Assembly (NCBI GenBank): GCA_039208875.1
Contig: JBCCQU010000001.1
Coordinates: 1-23,815 of the forward strand
DNA: 23,815 bases
Direction: 5' to 3'
Origin: Planctomycetota bacterium
GTDB taxonomy: Bacteria > Planctomycetota > Phycisphaerae > Phycisphaerales > UBA1924
Shown: positions 1 to 8,976 of the stretch, in pieces
How the letters are laid out: each line of letters begins with the position of its first letter
How positions within the stretch are numbered: the first letter of the stretch is position 1
Made by a program: the position numbers and the translations under genes
The notes under the pieces: model-generated
The model's input: only the letters and a program-made list of their open reading frames with translations
What the model was told of the DNA's origin: nothing
Databases searched by the model: none

Positions 1-1
1 A

Positions 2-745
2 GCGGCCTGTGCGCACACACCGCACCTCGACGACGATGCCTGGCACGACATCGCGCAGAGCGCAGCAGGTGATCGCGATGTGTTGTTTGTCGAGCCGCCT
101 GTACATGTGACTCAGCGGGACGAAGGCCTCCGCGTCTTGTTCGATCGTGTTGGCGAGGCGACGCTGCCAACACACGCTGTTCATGACGCGAGCAATGCAG
201 CGGTCGTGCTGGAGACAGCCATCTCGCTCGTCGGTCGCGAGCGAGCGGAGGCTGCGCTGCAAGGTCTTGCGTTGTATGAGCCGGCGGATATGCGGCAGAC
301 GCGGCGACAGTGTGGGCCGATCACCGTGATCGATGACGCGTACAACGCCAACCCCGACTCAATGATCGCTGCCCTGCACACCCTTTCGCAGCAGTCGGCG
401 TCTCGTCGTGTCGCTGTGCTCGGCGACATGTGTGAGCTCGGTGGAGCATCGGCCGCTCTGCACAGCGAGGTCATCGAGCATGCTCAGCGTCATGCGGATG
501 CAATCGTCGCGCTCGGCCCGATGACGGCTGCGGCTGCTGGTAATTCACGCGGCAAACTATTGCTTGCATCTGAGCGAGTTGACGAAGCCGTCACCCTTCG
601 CATCGCCAGCGCGCTCAAGCCCGGCGACGTGGTGCTCGTGAAAGCGTCACGCAGCATGGCTTTGGAACGGGTGGTGGCTGCAATCGAGTCGCGATGGACC
701 GCGGACGGCGTGCTGACATCAAAGGTGGGGGCTGGCGAATGCTGA
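2..745 (+). CDS. murF: UDP-N-acetylmuramoyl-tripeptide--D-alanyl-D-alanine ligase (MurF), C-terminal part; 5' end lies outside the window
   Basis: Frame 2 is open from the window edge to the TGA at 743-745 (the track Met at 80 is internal). The translation carries the Mur-ligase C-terminal motif ...ITVIDDAYNANPDSM... followed by a Gly-rich segment, as in MurF. It is immediately followed by mraY, as in dcw clusters. Confidence 0.8.
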   Translation, partial: AACAHTPHLDDDAWHDIAQSAAGDRDVLFVEPPVHVTQRDEGLRVLFDRVGEATLPTHAVHDASNAAVVLETAISLVGRERAEAALQGLALYEPADMRQTRRQCGPITVIDDAYNANPDSMIAALHTLSQQSASRRVAVLGDMCELGGASAALHSEVIEHAQRHADAIVALGPMTAAAAGNSRGKLLLASERVDEAVTLRIASALKPGDVVLVKASRSMALERVVAAIESRWTADGVLTSKVGAGEC

Positions 746-1923
746 TCGCGTTGTACGACTGGCTCAGCCCGTGGATCGACGACATCAAACTGCTGCGGTT
801 TGTGCAGGTGATCGATCAGCTCGAGTTCCGCGCATTACTCGCCGCTGTGCTGTCGCTCATCATCGTGCTGGCCTTTGGACGTCGCGTGATCGCGATGCTC
901 GTGAAGTACAAAGTCGGCGATGCTGGCCTGACCGATGTCGATGCGCTGGCTCGCGTGGCCGAGGCCAAAGCCAACACGCCGACCATGGGCGGCCTGCTGA
1001 TCGCGGGCTCGATTCTCATCTCCACGCTGCTGCTGGCCGACCTCGGCGTGCGATGGGTGCAGATCGGTGTGGTCGTTGTGCTCTGGACCGCCGCGCTGGG
1101 GGCGGTCGACGACTATCTCAAGCTCACAGCAGCCCGCCGCAGCGGCTCGCGTCAGGGCTTGCATAGCTGGGAGAAGCTGGTCTTTCAGCTCGGCCTCGGT
1201 GTGATCGTCGGCTACTTCGCGTATCGCGCCGGCCTCGGCGACAGCGGCCCCGATGCAGCACCTTCGCTCGCGCACGCGCTCAATCTGCCGCTGCAAAAGA
1301 CGTACGAGTCGTCGCTCACCGGCGTGGTATCGCAGAGCGTGATCTATCTGTCGCTGCCCGTGTATCTCGTTATCGCTGCGCTCATGTTGGCAGGCATGTC
1401 GAACGCGGTCAACATCACCGACGGCATGGACGGACTCGCAGCCGGCATCGGCACCGTCGTGGCGTTCGGCTTGCTCGTGCTCGCGCTCATCGCGGGCGAG
1501 CTTCGATGGGCGCAGACGCTGCTGGTGCCGCACGTCAGCTTCAGCGGGGAGCTTGCTGTCATGGCGGGCGCGATGGCCGGCGCGTGCCTCGGCTTCCTGT
1601 GGTTCAATGCATCGCCGGCCAATGTCTTCATGGGCGATACCGGCTCGCTGTGCATCGGCGGGCTCATCGGCTATCTCGCGGTCGTCATCCGGCAAGAGTT
1701 TGTCACGCTGCTCATGTGCGGCGTCTTCCTGTTCGAGATCGCGTCGGTCGTCATCCAGGTCGCGTACTTCCGCGCGACCGGCGGCAAGCGCATCTTCAAG
1801 TGTGCGCCCGTGCACCATCACTTCCACATGGTCGGTTGGGCTGAGCAAAAGATCGTGGCCCGCGCGTGGATCGCAACGGTTTTGCTCGTGATCGTCGCGC
1901 TCGCGACGCTCAAGGCTCGTTAG
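739..1923 (+). CDS. mraY: phospho-N-acetylmuramoyl-pentapeptide transferase (MraY)
   Basis: ORF 694..1923. I prefer the ATG at 739 (MLIALYDWLSPW...), which overlaps the murF stop (ATGCTGA). The protein is polytopic and hydrophobic, and its C-terminal ...KCAPVHHHFHMVGWAEQKIV... matches the MraY HHH signature. Confidence 0.9.
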   Translation: MLIALYDWLSPWIDDIKLLRFVQVIDQLEFRALLAAVLSLIIVLAFGRRVIAMLVKYKVGDAGLTDVDALARVAEAKANTPTMGGLLIAGSILISTLLLADLGVRWVQIGVVVVLWTAALGAVDDYLKLTAARRSGSRQGLHSWEKLVFQLGLGVIVGYFAYRAGLGDSGPDAAPSLAHALNLPLQKTYESSLTGVVSQSVIYLSLPVYLVIAALMLAGMSNAVNITDGMDGLAAGIGTVVAFGLLVLALIAGELRWAQTLLVPHVSFSGELAVMAGAMAGACLGFLWFNASPANVFMGDTGSLCIGGLIGYLAVVIRQEFVTLLMCGVFLFEIASVVIQVAYFRATGGKRIFKCAPVHHHFHMVGWAEQKIVARAWIATVLLVIVALATLKAR

Positions 1924-3200
1924 TCGGCTGCGGGATCGATTAGCAGCAGCGGACGCACGAGCATCGGCCGATCTTGCACCGGGCCGTTCTCGTTCTCGCC
2001 GATCTCGATGACGAGCTCTCGGCCGCGCTCGCCGACGCCCGGCAGCACCGCTGCGCATTCGATCCGCGGCGACTCGCCGTCGACACTTCCCGACCAGACT
2101 TCCTGTGGCTCAAGCCCCGGACGGTTAACTAGCACACGAACCGTCGGATCGCCCCACACCCGCATCGAGTCGGGCAACACGATGCCGGTGGCAAATCGCG
2201 TCGCACCGGCGGGCAGGCTCCACGCGGCCGACATCGGGCCCGGCATGTCGATACGCGCGCCGAGCGGTGAACTGCTCTCGATCACCCGCGGCTGCGCAGT
2301 CCATCGGCGCTGAGCTCGTGCGCTCACCTCCACAAGCTCAAGCTCCGCGAGCGGCACGAGCGACTGGGCATCGAACACCAGCGTGCGCACGTCGCCGAGT
2401 GAAACCCGCCGCGTGATCGATGTCTCGCTCTCGCTTTCGCCGGTCTCGGAACTGTTGTGCAGCGACGGCGCGATCGATAGCACACCGGCGTCGACGAGTG
2501 TCGCGGCCGCGAGCTCGAGCACCGAGCCGTCGGCCAGCGTGATGACCGTGCCGGTGGCAGGCGTGAGCGGATTGGCGAGCGTTGCCCGCGTGACGCGCGA
2601 CGCTTCGACGCGTGTCTCGCTGTCTGTGGTTTCGACGATGAGTCGCAGCGGCGGGCCTTGGTCGAGCAGCGTGAAGCCGCGCAGCGTGTCGCCGTTGGCA
2701 AGACGCACGACATCGTCATCGATCGCGCCCGCGGGTTCTCTCCGCGACGGCGGCGAGATACCCGGGGCGAAGCTCCGCACCTCTTCGAGCGGCAGCGTGA
2801 TCTCGCCGAAGCCGACGTGCGACCAGCGCAGGGATTCCTCGTCGCTCGCCGGTTCGTCGGAGACCGAGCCCAGCAGCACCTGGCCGTCGGTGAGCACGAG
2901 CTCGCCGCCCGAGCCGCGAAGCCATCGGCTCTCCGCGAGGCCGAAGGCGGACGCCCGTTCGATCGCAGTATCAGGGTCGACGATGATGGCTGCGACTTCC
3001 GCCAATGTGCGATCACGCCGTAAGCCAAGATCATCGACAAAGCTGATTCGCTCAGCATCGAGCGAGATCAACTCGATCGGTCGGCTGCGCAGCTGCGCAT
3101 CAATCAGCACGACGCCGTCCGATGCACACGCCGATGCGGTCATCGTGCCAATCACAGCAGCGGGCAATGACAGTCGTGATGCGCTCTTGTGCATGGTCAC
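1920..3200 (-). CDS. hypothetical secreted/periplasmic protein (last gene of the long minus-strand operon)
   Basis: 426-aa ORF. The start is GTG at 3200, overlapping the upstream stop as GTGA, or ATG at 3194. The N-terminus MHKSASRLSLPAAVIGTMTASAC looks like a signal or lipoprotein peptide. No domain recognised. Its stop shares TTAG with the convergent mraY stop. Confidence 0.5.
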   Translation of the reverse strand: MTMHKSASRLSLPAAVIGTMTASACASDGVVLIDAQLRSRPIELISLDAERISFVDDLGLRRDRTLAEVAAIIVDPDTAIERASAFGLAESRWLRGSGGELVLTDGQVLLGSVSDEPASDEESLRWSHVGFGEITLPLEEVRSFAPGISPPSRREPAGAIDDDVVRLANGDTLRGFTLLDQGPPLRLIVETTDSETRVEASRVTRATLANPLTPATGTVITLADGSVLELAAATLVDAGVLSIAPSLHNSSETGESESETSITRRVSLGDVRTLVFDAQSLVPLAELELVEVSARAQRRWTAQPRVIESSSPLGARIDMPGPMSAAWSLPAGATRFATGIVLPDSMRVWGDPTVRVLVNRPGLEPQEVWSGSVDGESPRIECAAVLPGVGERGRELVIEIGENENGPVQDRPMLVRPLLLIDPAAD

Positions 3201-4321
3201 TTCTGGAAGATCGGCAGATAACGCTTGGGCATTTGCAGAATAATCAGCGCCATGGCTGTGCCATATTCGTCGCCGACGGAGCGATCACGCCAGTTGCCGT
3301 CCTCGAGTTGCAGCGACAGCATGTGTTCGGAGATCGCGGTCCACCACGAGGCCCAGTCGTCGCCGCCCGCGAGGAACATCGCTTGCACCGAGTAGTAGTG
3401 GCCGTACCAGTAGTGCGCGTTCGAGCTCTCGCTGCCCGGCGTGGCTGTGCGGTTGAGATACGCGAGGCCGTCGTCGAGCGCTTCGTCTTCGTACACACCC
3501 GCGTATTGCAGACTCGCGACGCCCGCAGCGGTGCGCGGCCATGCGCTCTGCCCGCCCTGCGCCTGATACTTGAAGCCGCCATCGACGTTCTGGCAGCGCC
3601 GCACATACGCGACCGCATCATCGATGACCTGCTTATCGACCTCGATGCCGGCGTTGCGCGCCGCACGCAAAGCCATGATCTGGCAGATCGTCACGCTGAC
3701 GTCGGCGTCATACGGGACGGGGTTGTATCGCCAGCCGCCCTCGTCGTTCTGCGAGCGCTCGATGAGCCGGACCGCTTTGACGAGTGCTTCATACGCGCGG
3801 TCGGCCTGTGGCGTACCTTCTTCGCCGAGCATGCCGTAGATCTCGCCGAGGAACAGCGTCGCGAAGCCGTGGCCGTACATCGGCCCGTTGTCGGCGTCGG
3901 CCGCGATCAGCCCGCTCTCGGTCGCGTTATCCAGCACGTACTCGAGGGCCTTCTCGACGAGGTCGCCGTACTCGCCGCGACCGGGCGTGTGGCCGTCAGC
4001 CATAAACGCGATGGCTGCGAGCGATGTCACCGCGACGTTTCGACCGAAGCGTCCGCCGCCGAACGCGCCGTCCGCGTCTTGGCGATCGGCGAGCCACACC
4101 ATGCCCGCGGTCACCGCTGCATCGATTTCAGCATTGAGCTCGTCGGGTATCGGGTCGTTGGTTGCCGAAGTGCGCTCGGTCGTTGGAGCCTGTTGCTCGA
4201 CAACCGGCCCGGTGAAGAGGTCGCCGTCTTGTGCGCACGCCGGTGCGACCGCTCCCGCAGCCAAGCCGGCAACAACAGCGACAGCGAGCGCACGTTTGTT
4301 TGCAGCGTTGAATGCGATCAA
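3197..4321 (-). CDS. secreted prenyltransferase/squalene-oxidase repeat (terpenoid-cyclase-like alpha-alpha toroid, QW-motif) protein
   Basis: ORF track 3197..4444. I place the start at the in-frame TTG at 4321, which overlaps the upstream TGA (4318-4320) as TTGA and yields the signal peptide (M)IAFNAANKRALAVAVVAGLAAGAVAPACAQDG. Repeated QW-type motifs (NDEGGWRY, QNVDGGFKYQ, QLEDGNWRD) and an aromatic-rich repeat are typical of prenyltransferase-beta and squalene-hopene-cyclase folds. Confidence 0.65.
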   Translation of the reverse strand: MIAFNAANKRALAVAVVAGLAAGAVAPACAQDGDLFTGPVVEQQAPTTERTSATNDPIPDELNAEIDAAVTAGMVWLADRQDADGAFGGGRFGRNVAVTSLAAIAFMADGHTPGRGEYGDLVEKALEYVLDNATESGLIAADADNGPMYGHGFATLFLGEIYGMLGEEGTPQADRAYEALVKAVRLIERSQNDEGGWRYNPVPYDADVSVTICQIMALRAARNAGIEVDKQVIDDAVAYVRRCQNVDGGFKYQAQGGQSAWPRTAAGVASLQYAGVYEDEALDDGLAYLNRTATPGSESSNAHYWYGHYYSVQAMFLAGGDDWASWWTAISEHMLSLQLEDGNWRDRSVGDEYGTAMALIILQMPKRYLPIFQK

Positions 4322-5052
4322 GGCTCGGGCTCCTCCGCGAGGCGGCGGTAATACTGCTCGGTCATGCGGCGATACAGCGTGCTGAAGGTCTCGTTGGTGC
4401 CCTGCACCAGCGCGTCGCGCAATCGTGCGGGCAGGTTGCCCCACGCTGCGAGGTCCGCAGCCTCGGGATCATTCAGCGCACCATCCTGGCGGCCCGGCGG
4501 CATCGACTCCTGCTCGCCCTCACCCTGCGCCTGCTGCGATTCTTGCTGCTGGCCCTGTTGCTGTTGCGCCCGCGGCTGATTGGGCTGGCTCTGCTGTTGG
4601 CCTTGTTGCTGCTGGCCGCCTTGCTGCTGTTGCTGTTGTTGTTGCTGACGACGCTGCGCCTCATCAATAAGGTCGTCGAGCGATCGCAGGATGTCTTCCT
4701 GAATACGCTGCGTTGCGAGGCCCGCATCGCGCGACGCACCGAGCCGCGCACCCGCACGCGACATCAGATCGACCGCCCGCTCGAAGCGCTCCGGCTGCGA
4801 TCGGCCGTCTTCGCCAGCGAGCGCACGATCAACGTAGTCGTCGGCTCCTTCGTCCGCGACTTCATCGGTGCCGGGCTCCGCTTCGTCTTCGTCGAGGCCG
4901 AGAAGCTCATCGAGCCCGGGCAGCGGCTGATCGGCTGCCGGTTCTTCGGCGGGTTCTTCAGCAGGCTCGGCTTGCGGCTCCGTAGCCGGCTGAGCAGTCG
5001 CAAGCCCGGCTGCAACAACCAGCGCGAGCCACGCGGGTGCGAGCTTCGTCAT
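4318..5052 (-). CDS. secreted acidic low-complexity protein with EP/PE repeats and a long poly-Gln tract
   Basis: The ATG at 5052 overlaps the upstream TGA (ATGA). The signal peptide is MTKLAPAWLALVVAAGLATAQP. An EPQAEPAEEPAEEPAAD acidic linker is followed by QRRQQQQQQQQQGGQQQQGQQQSQPNQPRAQQQQGQQQESQQ. Confidence 0.55.
   Translation of the reverse strand: MTKLAPAWLALVVAAGLATAQPATEPQAEPAEEPAEEPAADQPLPGLDELLGLDEDEAEPGTDEVADEGADDYVDRALAGEDGRSQPERFERAVDLMSRAGARLGASRDAGLATQRIQEDILRSLDDLIDEAQRRQQQQQQQQQGGQQQQGQQQSQPNQPRAQQQQGQQQESQQAQGEGEQESMPPGRQDGALNDPEAADLAAWGNLPARLRDALVQGTNETFSTLYRRMTEQYYRRLAEEPEP
4525..4656. repeat. CAG/CAA-type trinucleotide low-complexity tract encoding poly-Gln (CTG/TTG-rich on the plus strand)
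   Basis: Plus strand ...ctgctgcgattcttgctgctggccctgttgctgttg...ttgctgctgttgctgttgttgttgctg... codes residues 133-176 of the 4318..5052 protein. Confidence 0.7.
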
Positions 5053-8000
5053 GGTGCTTCTCCTTGCTCCGGCTGCTGCGGCTGTTGCTGCTGTTGCTGC
5101 ATCTGCTGCTGTAGCACTTCGAGCAGTTGCTGACCGCGTGTCGCGAGTTCATCCTGCAACTCCGCAACATCGCCCAGCTCTTCGGTCGTGATCTCGCCCG
5201 CAGCCTCGTCGATGGCTCGCGTCAGTTCGTACGCCTCGGCCTGCATCGCCCGCAGCAAACGCAACTCCGCGATCGGCGGGATCGGTTCGTCAGCCTGTTC
5301 GCCGCCCTGCCCGCCGCCGCCGTCACCACCGCCGCCAGCCCCCTGCCCAAAGTCCTCGTCGCCCGCCTGCGGATCGGTCAGCGTCTCGACAAGCGATCGC
5401 AGCAATCGCTCGGCTGTCCGCTGCTCCCGCAGCACGCGTGCATCGACACGGCCTTCACGCATAGGCTCGGCTGCACGCTCGGTCGCTGCATCCAGGCGAT
5501 CGTGCGCGAGATCGAACATCACCGATTCCTGCAGCGCATCCGTCTCGGCTCGCAGCTCGGCCAGCTTCGTGCGCAGCGATGTCTGCACCTCGCCAAGGTC
5601 GCGCACCGTCCGCCGCGTCCGCCGGTCAAGATCCCGATCGGCAAACGCATCCGTCCGCTCGCGCAGCTCCACTTGCTCTCGCAGCGCCTCGACGTACGCC
5701 CGCCGCAGCTCGTCGCGTTCGCGTTCGTTCTCTCGCTGCTGCGCCTCCGACTGCAGCCGTTCAGCCTCGTCGCGCGCAGCGATGAGGTTATCGAGGCTTA
5801 TCTGTTCGCCTGCCCTCGCGGCGGCTGCATCGCCGAGATCGTCACGGATCGCGCGGATCGCCGACGCCTGCCCGGTCAGTGCCTGCTCCAGCGGATCGAT
5901 CACCGAAGCTGCAGCCTCCGCAAGCTCTGCCTCCACCTGATCCAGCACCGCGAGCGTGTTCGTGTTGATGCGGATCATGCCGGCGTCGAGGCCAACGAGC
6001 GCCCGGCCCGCAGCCACCGCTGCGTCGAGGTCGGCGAGCGCCTCCTCCTGCTGCGCGATGAGTGTCTCGAGCGACTCGATGACCGAGCTCAGCACACGGT
6101 CGAGCGTTTCATCGCGGTTGCGCGGCGCGCGATCGAGATCCTCCAGCATCTGCTCGATGGCTTCGAGTGCCTGCTGCTGCTCGCGTTGGGCGGTCTGCGT
6201 CTGGTTCTGCTCGATCTGCTGCGATGCCTGCTCGAGTTGTTCGCCGAGTGCCTGCTCCCGGCCGCGGGCTGCCGCTTCCGCGAGCGACGACGCCTGGCTC
6301 GGGTCGCGGCTGCGGAGATCGTCAGCGCGATCGGCCAGATCATCGATGGCTTCGCGCGCACGATCGGCCAATTCCCGTTGCCGCTCGGCCAAGCGTTCGA
6401 GTTCCGATCGCTCGGCCTGCGTCAGCTCATCCAGCGATCTGCCGGTGGTCTGCTCTGCTGCGCGTGCGGTCTCGTTCCGTAGCCTTTGCTGATCGTCGCG
6501 CAGCCGCTCCACACTCCGCCGCGCCGTCCACGCATCCTCGCCGCGATCGAGCGAGCGGATCAGCCGATCGAGCTCGTCGCGCACGCGGTCCTGCTGCTCG
6601 GCTGCCTCTTGCAATTGCTCAGCTTCTTGTGCGTCCGTTTGGTCCGCAGCGTCTTCGCCCCTCTCGTCACCGCTTTCGCCTTGCTCCGCACCGCTCGATC
6701 CCGCAGCATCGAGCCGATCCGCAGCGGTGTTCGAAGCCTGCCGAGCTTCCGAGAGCCGTTGCCCGGCTTCATCGAGCAGGCCCGCGAGCGCTTCGTCGTC
6801 GAGTTGATTCCGCTCGACGCGTTCGCTCAGCCGTTCGACAGCTTCAAGCTGAGCATCGAGTCGCGATGTCACGCCGCGCTGCGCAGCTGTGGTCTCGCGC
6901 GTGCCGCCGGTCAGCGACGCCCGCTGCGCGACGTCGGCCTGTTGTTCGTCCAGCCGCATCGCCGACCGCCGCACCGCACCCAACTCGGCCCGCAATTGCT
7001 CAGCCAGCTCGCCTTCGTCGATGATCCGAAGCCGGCGGATCGCGGACCGCGCCGGGCCATGGCCGTCGAACGCGTCGTTCGCGATCGCAGTGACCCAGAT
7101 CTCATCGCCCGGCAACAGGCCGTCCGAATCTGCCGCGACATCCGCGACCGTCAGCGTGGCTGAGACGTTCATGCGACGCGGTGTGCGCGCAGCATCACCA
7201 GCGCCCTCACCGAGCCGCTCTAGAAGGACAGTCTCGTCGCCGACCGGCTCCGGCGCAGCACCGACCGAGCCGCGATCGGGCTTGGCCACCTGTCGCACGA
7301 GCGAAAGCGAAGCCAGGCCAACATCATCCCGGGCATCGGCTTGCACGGTCACCACCGCGGTCGGCAACACCGACGCATCGCGGGCCGGCTCGATGATCAC
7401 CGCGGTCGGTACACGGTCCGGCGTGACGTCGATCGCCAGGCCGACCGGAGCGTCCGTCGTCAGCCCGAGTTCATCGGTCGGCGTGATTGTCAGCCGCACG
7501 CTTTCAGCAGCGTCCGACTCGATCACCCATTCGTTCGACGCTTCGCCATCGGCGCCCGCAGCGAAGTCGATACGCCCAACGTCGATGCCCACGCCGAGCG
7601 CCCGCGTCACAAGCTCTGTGCGCTCCGCCTCGGTCGTTGGCAACGGCAACGGCTTGTTGAACGTCGCGCGGATCGACACCGTCGACCCGGCAAGCACCGG
7701 CCCGACGACGATCTTCCGTCCGGCGGGCGATCCCGCGCCGATCAGGGCCTCACCCGTCACGAAGCCCGCTGCGTCCTCGATGTCGCTCGCGTAACTCGGC
7801 GGCGTCACGTTCACCGTCAGGCTGCTGACCTCCGGCCGGCGCGCGAGCTGCACGCTCTGCCACGAGGTCTGATCGTCGCCGCTCTCGAGCCTGTATTCCA
7901 GTCGCACATCGGCCTGCGCACGCGCCGCGGTCGTCGGCTCGATGAGTCGTTCATACAGCGTGCCGTCGCCCACCTCGCGGTCCTGCGGCGTCAGCAGCAC

Positions 8001-8954
8001 ACGCCGCTCTCGCTCCGCCCGGTCATCGACCACAACGCGATAGATGGCTGCGACCTCGGGCTCATCGCGCGGCGAACGCAGCAGCGACGCCCGCAACGGC
8101 ACCACCTCGCCGAGCGCATACACGCGGTCCTCGGTTGCATCGCTCACAGCTGTGCGCTTCGGCCACGCGATGTCCGTCCAAGGCAACAGCACCCGGCCCG
8201 CGCCGATCAGCACCGTCGTCGGCGCAGCGACCAGCAGCACCAAAGCCAACGCAACCGCGCCGCCCGCGATCGCACCGGGCCGACCCGCTGCGGTGTTGTC
8301 GAGCACGTCGCGCGCTGTCAGTGTGCGCGCGCGGGCCGCTGCATCCATCACGACGGTCGAGGCGAGCAGACGAGTCGTAGCAGCCTGCGAAGCGGTGCCC
8401 TCGCTCCCGAGCTCGACGCCCGCAGCCAGCAGGCCGGTCAGGCCTGCATCACGCGCCGCCGGGGTGCGCTCCACACGCAGGGCGAAGTCGGTCAGCGACG
8501 GCGCGAAACGCCACGCGGGAAGCACATGCCGATGCACAGCCCACCCGAGCGCAGCGACGCCGCCCAGCCACGCTGCGAACCGCAGCCACGCCGGCACCCG
8601 CACCGCGAAATCGAACAAAGCCAACGCGAACACAACGCCGAGCGTGATCGCCCCGACCCACGCCGCCGCCCGCACCAGCAGCAACAGCCGCGACCGTGCG
8701 CGCAGCGAGGCCAGCGTCGACGACAGCTCCGCAGCCAGCGTCGCGGCATCGGCAGAGGGCTCGCTCGGCTTCGGCCCGGTGATTGCCTCAGGGCTGTTCG
8801 CAGGTGTGCGATTGTCCGGCATCCGGCTTCGGCTCCATCCATGGCACGGTCCCGCGGCCGGCCTTCCTTCCATACAGCTTCGAAGCCCGCGATGTGCCCC
8901 GCGAGCCCAAACTGCTGAGAACTCCAGTTCAACCGCGCAAACCCATGGAATCAT
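5049..8954 (-). CDS. giant membrane-anchored protein: N-terminal TM helices, beta-rich repeat region, roughly 600-aa Glu/Arg/Ala/Leu coiled-coil, Gly-rich and poly-Gln C-terminus (DUF4175/TIGR02302-like architecture)
   Basis: 1301-aa ORF starting at ATG 8954, 22 nt after the upstream stop. An alternative ATG is at 8822 (MPDNRTPANSP...). Two or three hydrophobic helices (LLLLVRAAAWVGAITLGVVFALALF; AAWLGGVAALGWAV) are followed by ...FALRVERTPAARDAGL..., then VTPP/ITPTDE-type beta segments, a long charged heptad-like region, GQGAGGGGDGGGGQGG and QQQMQQQQQQPQQPEQ. The family call is from memory of the TIGR02302/DUF4175 description, not from a search. Confidence 0.6.
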   Translation of the reverse strand: MIPWVCAVELEFSAVWARGAHRGLRSCMEGRPAAGPCHGWSRSRMPDNRTPANSPEAITGPKPSEPSADAATLAAELSSTLASLRARSRLLLLVRAAAWVGAITLGVVFALALFDFAVRVPAWLRFAAWLGGVAALGWAVHRHVLPAWRFAPSLTDFALRVERTPAARDAGLTGLLAAGVELGSEGTASQAATTRLLASTVVMDAAARARTLTARDVLDNTAAGRPGAIAGGAVALALVLLVAAPTTVLIGAGRVLLPWTDIAWPKRTAVSDATEDRVYALGEVVPLRASLLRSPRDEPEVAAIYRVVVDDRAERERRVLLTPQDREVGDGTLYERLIEPTTAARAQADVRLEYRLESGDDQTSWQSVQLARRPEVSSLTVNVTPPSYASDIEDAAGFVTGEALIGAGSPAGRKIVVGPVLAGSTVSIRATFNKPLPLPTTEAERTELVTRALGVGIDVGRIDFAAGADGEASNEWVIESDAAESVRLTITPTDELGLTTDAPVGLAIDVTPDRVPTAVIIEPARDASVLPTAVVTVQADARDDVGLASLSLVRQVAKPDRGSVGAAPEPVGDETVLLERLGEGAGDAARTPRRMNVSATLTVADVAADSDGLLPGDEIWVTAIANDAFDGHGPARSAIRRLRIIDEGELAEQLRAELGAVRRSAMRLDEQQADVAQRASLTGGTRETTAAQRGVTSRLDAQLEAVERLSERVERNQLDDEALAGLLDEAGQRLSEARQASNTAADRLDAAGSSGAEQGESGDERGEDAADQTDAQEAEQLQEAAEQQDRVRDELDRLIRSLDRGEDAWTARRSVERLRDDQQRLRNETARAAEQTTGRSLDELTQAERSELERLAERQRELADRAREAIDDLADRADDLRSRDPSQASSLAEAAARGREQALGEQLEQASQQIEQNQTQTAQREQQQALEAIEQMLEDLDRAPRNRDETLDRVLSSVIESLETLIAQQEEALADLDAAVAAGRALVGLDAGMIRINTNTLAVLDQVEAELAEAAASVIDPLEQALTGQASAIRAIRDDLGDAAAARAGEQISLDNLIAARDEAERLQSEAQQRENERERDELRRAYVEALREQVELRERTDAFADRDLDRRTRRTVRDLGEVQTSLRTKLAELRAETDALQESVMFDLAHDRLDAATERAAEPMREGRVDARVLREQRTAERLLRSLVETLTDPQAGDEDFGQGAGGGGDGGGGQGGEQADEPIPPIAELRLLRAMQAEAYELTRAIDEAAGEITTEELGDVAELQDELATRGQQLLEVLQQQMQQQQQQPQQPEQGEAP
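5064..5111. repeat. second CTG/TTG-rich tract encoding the poly-Gln C-terminus of the 1301-aa protein
   Basis: Plus strand ggctgctgcggctgttgctgctgttgctgcatctgctgctg lies about 400 bp from the first tract, in the adjacent gene. Confidence 0.65.
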
Positions 8955-8976
8955 TGGGTGTTGCGGCGGTGCTGCG

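Noticed and set aside
80-745. Track start of murF at Met 80
   Set aside because: The frame is open back to the window edge and the upstream residues continue Mur-ligase-like sequence. The gene is 5'-truncated by the window.
4322-4444. N-terminal 41 codons of the track ORF 3197..4444
   Set aside because: They overlap the upstream gene, encode no recognisable feature, and precede a perfect signal peptide that starts at the TTG at 4321.
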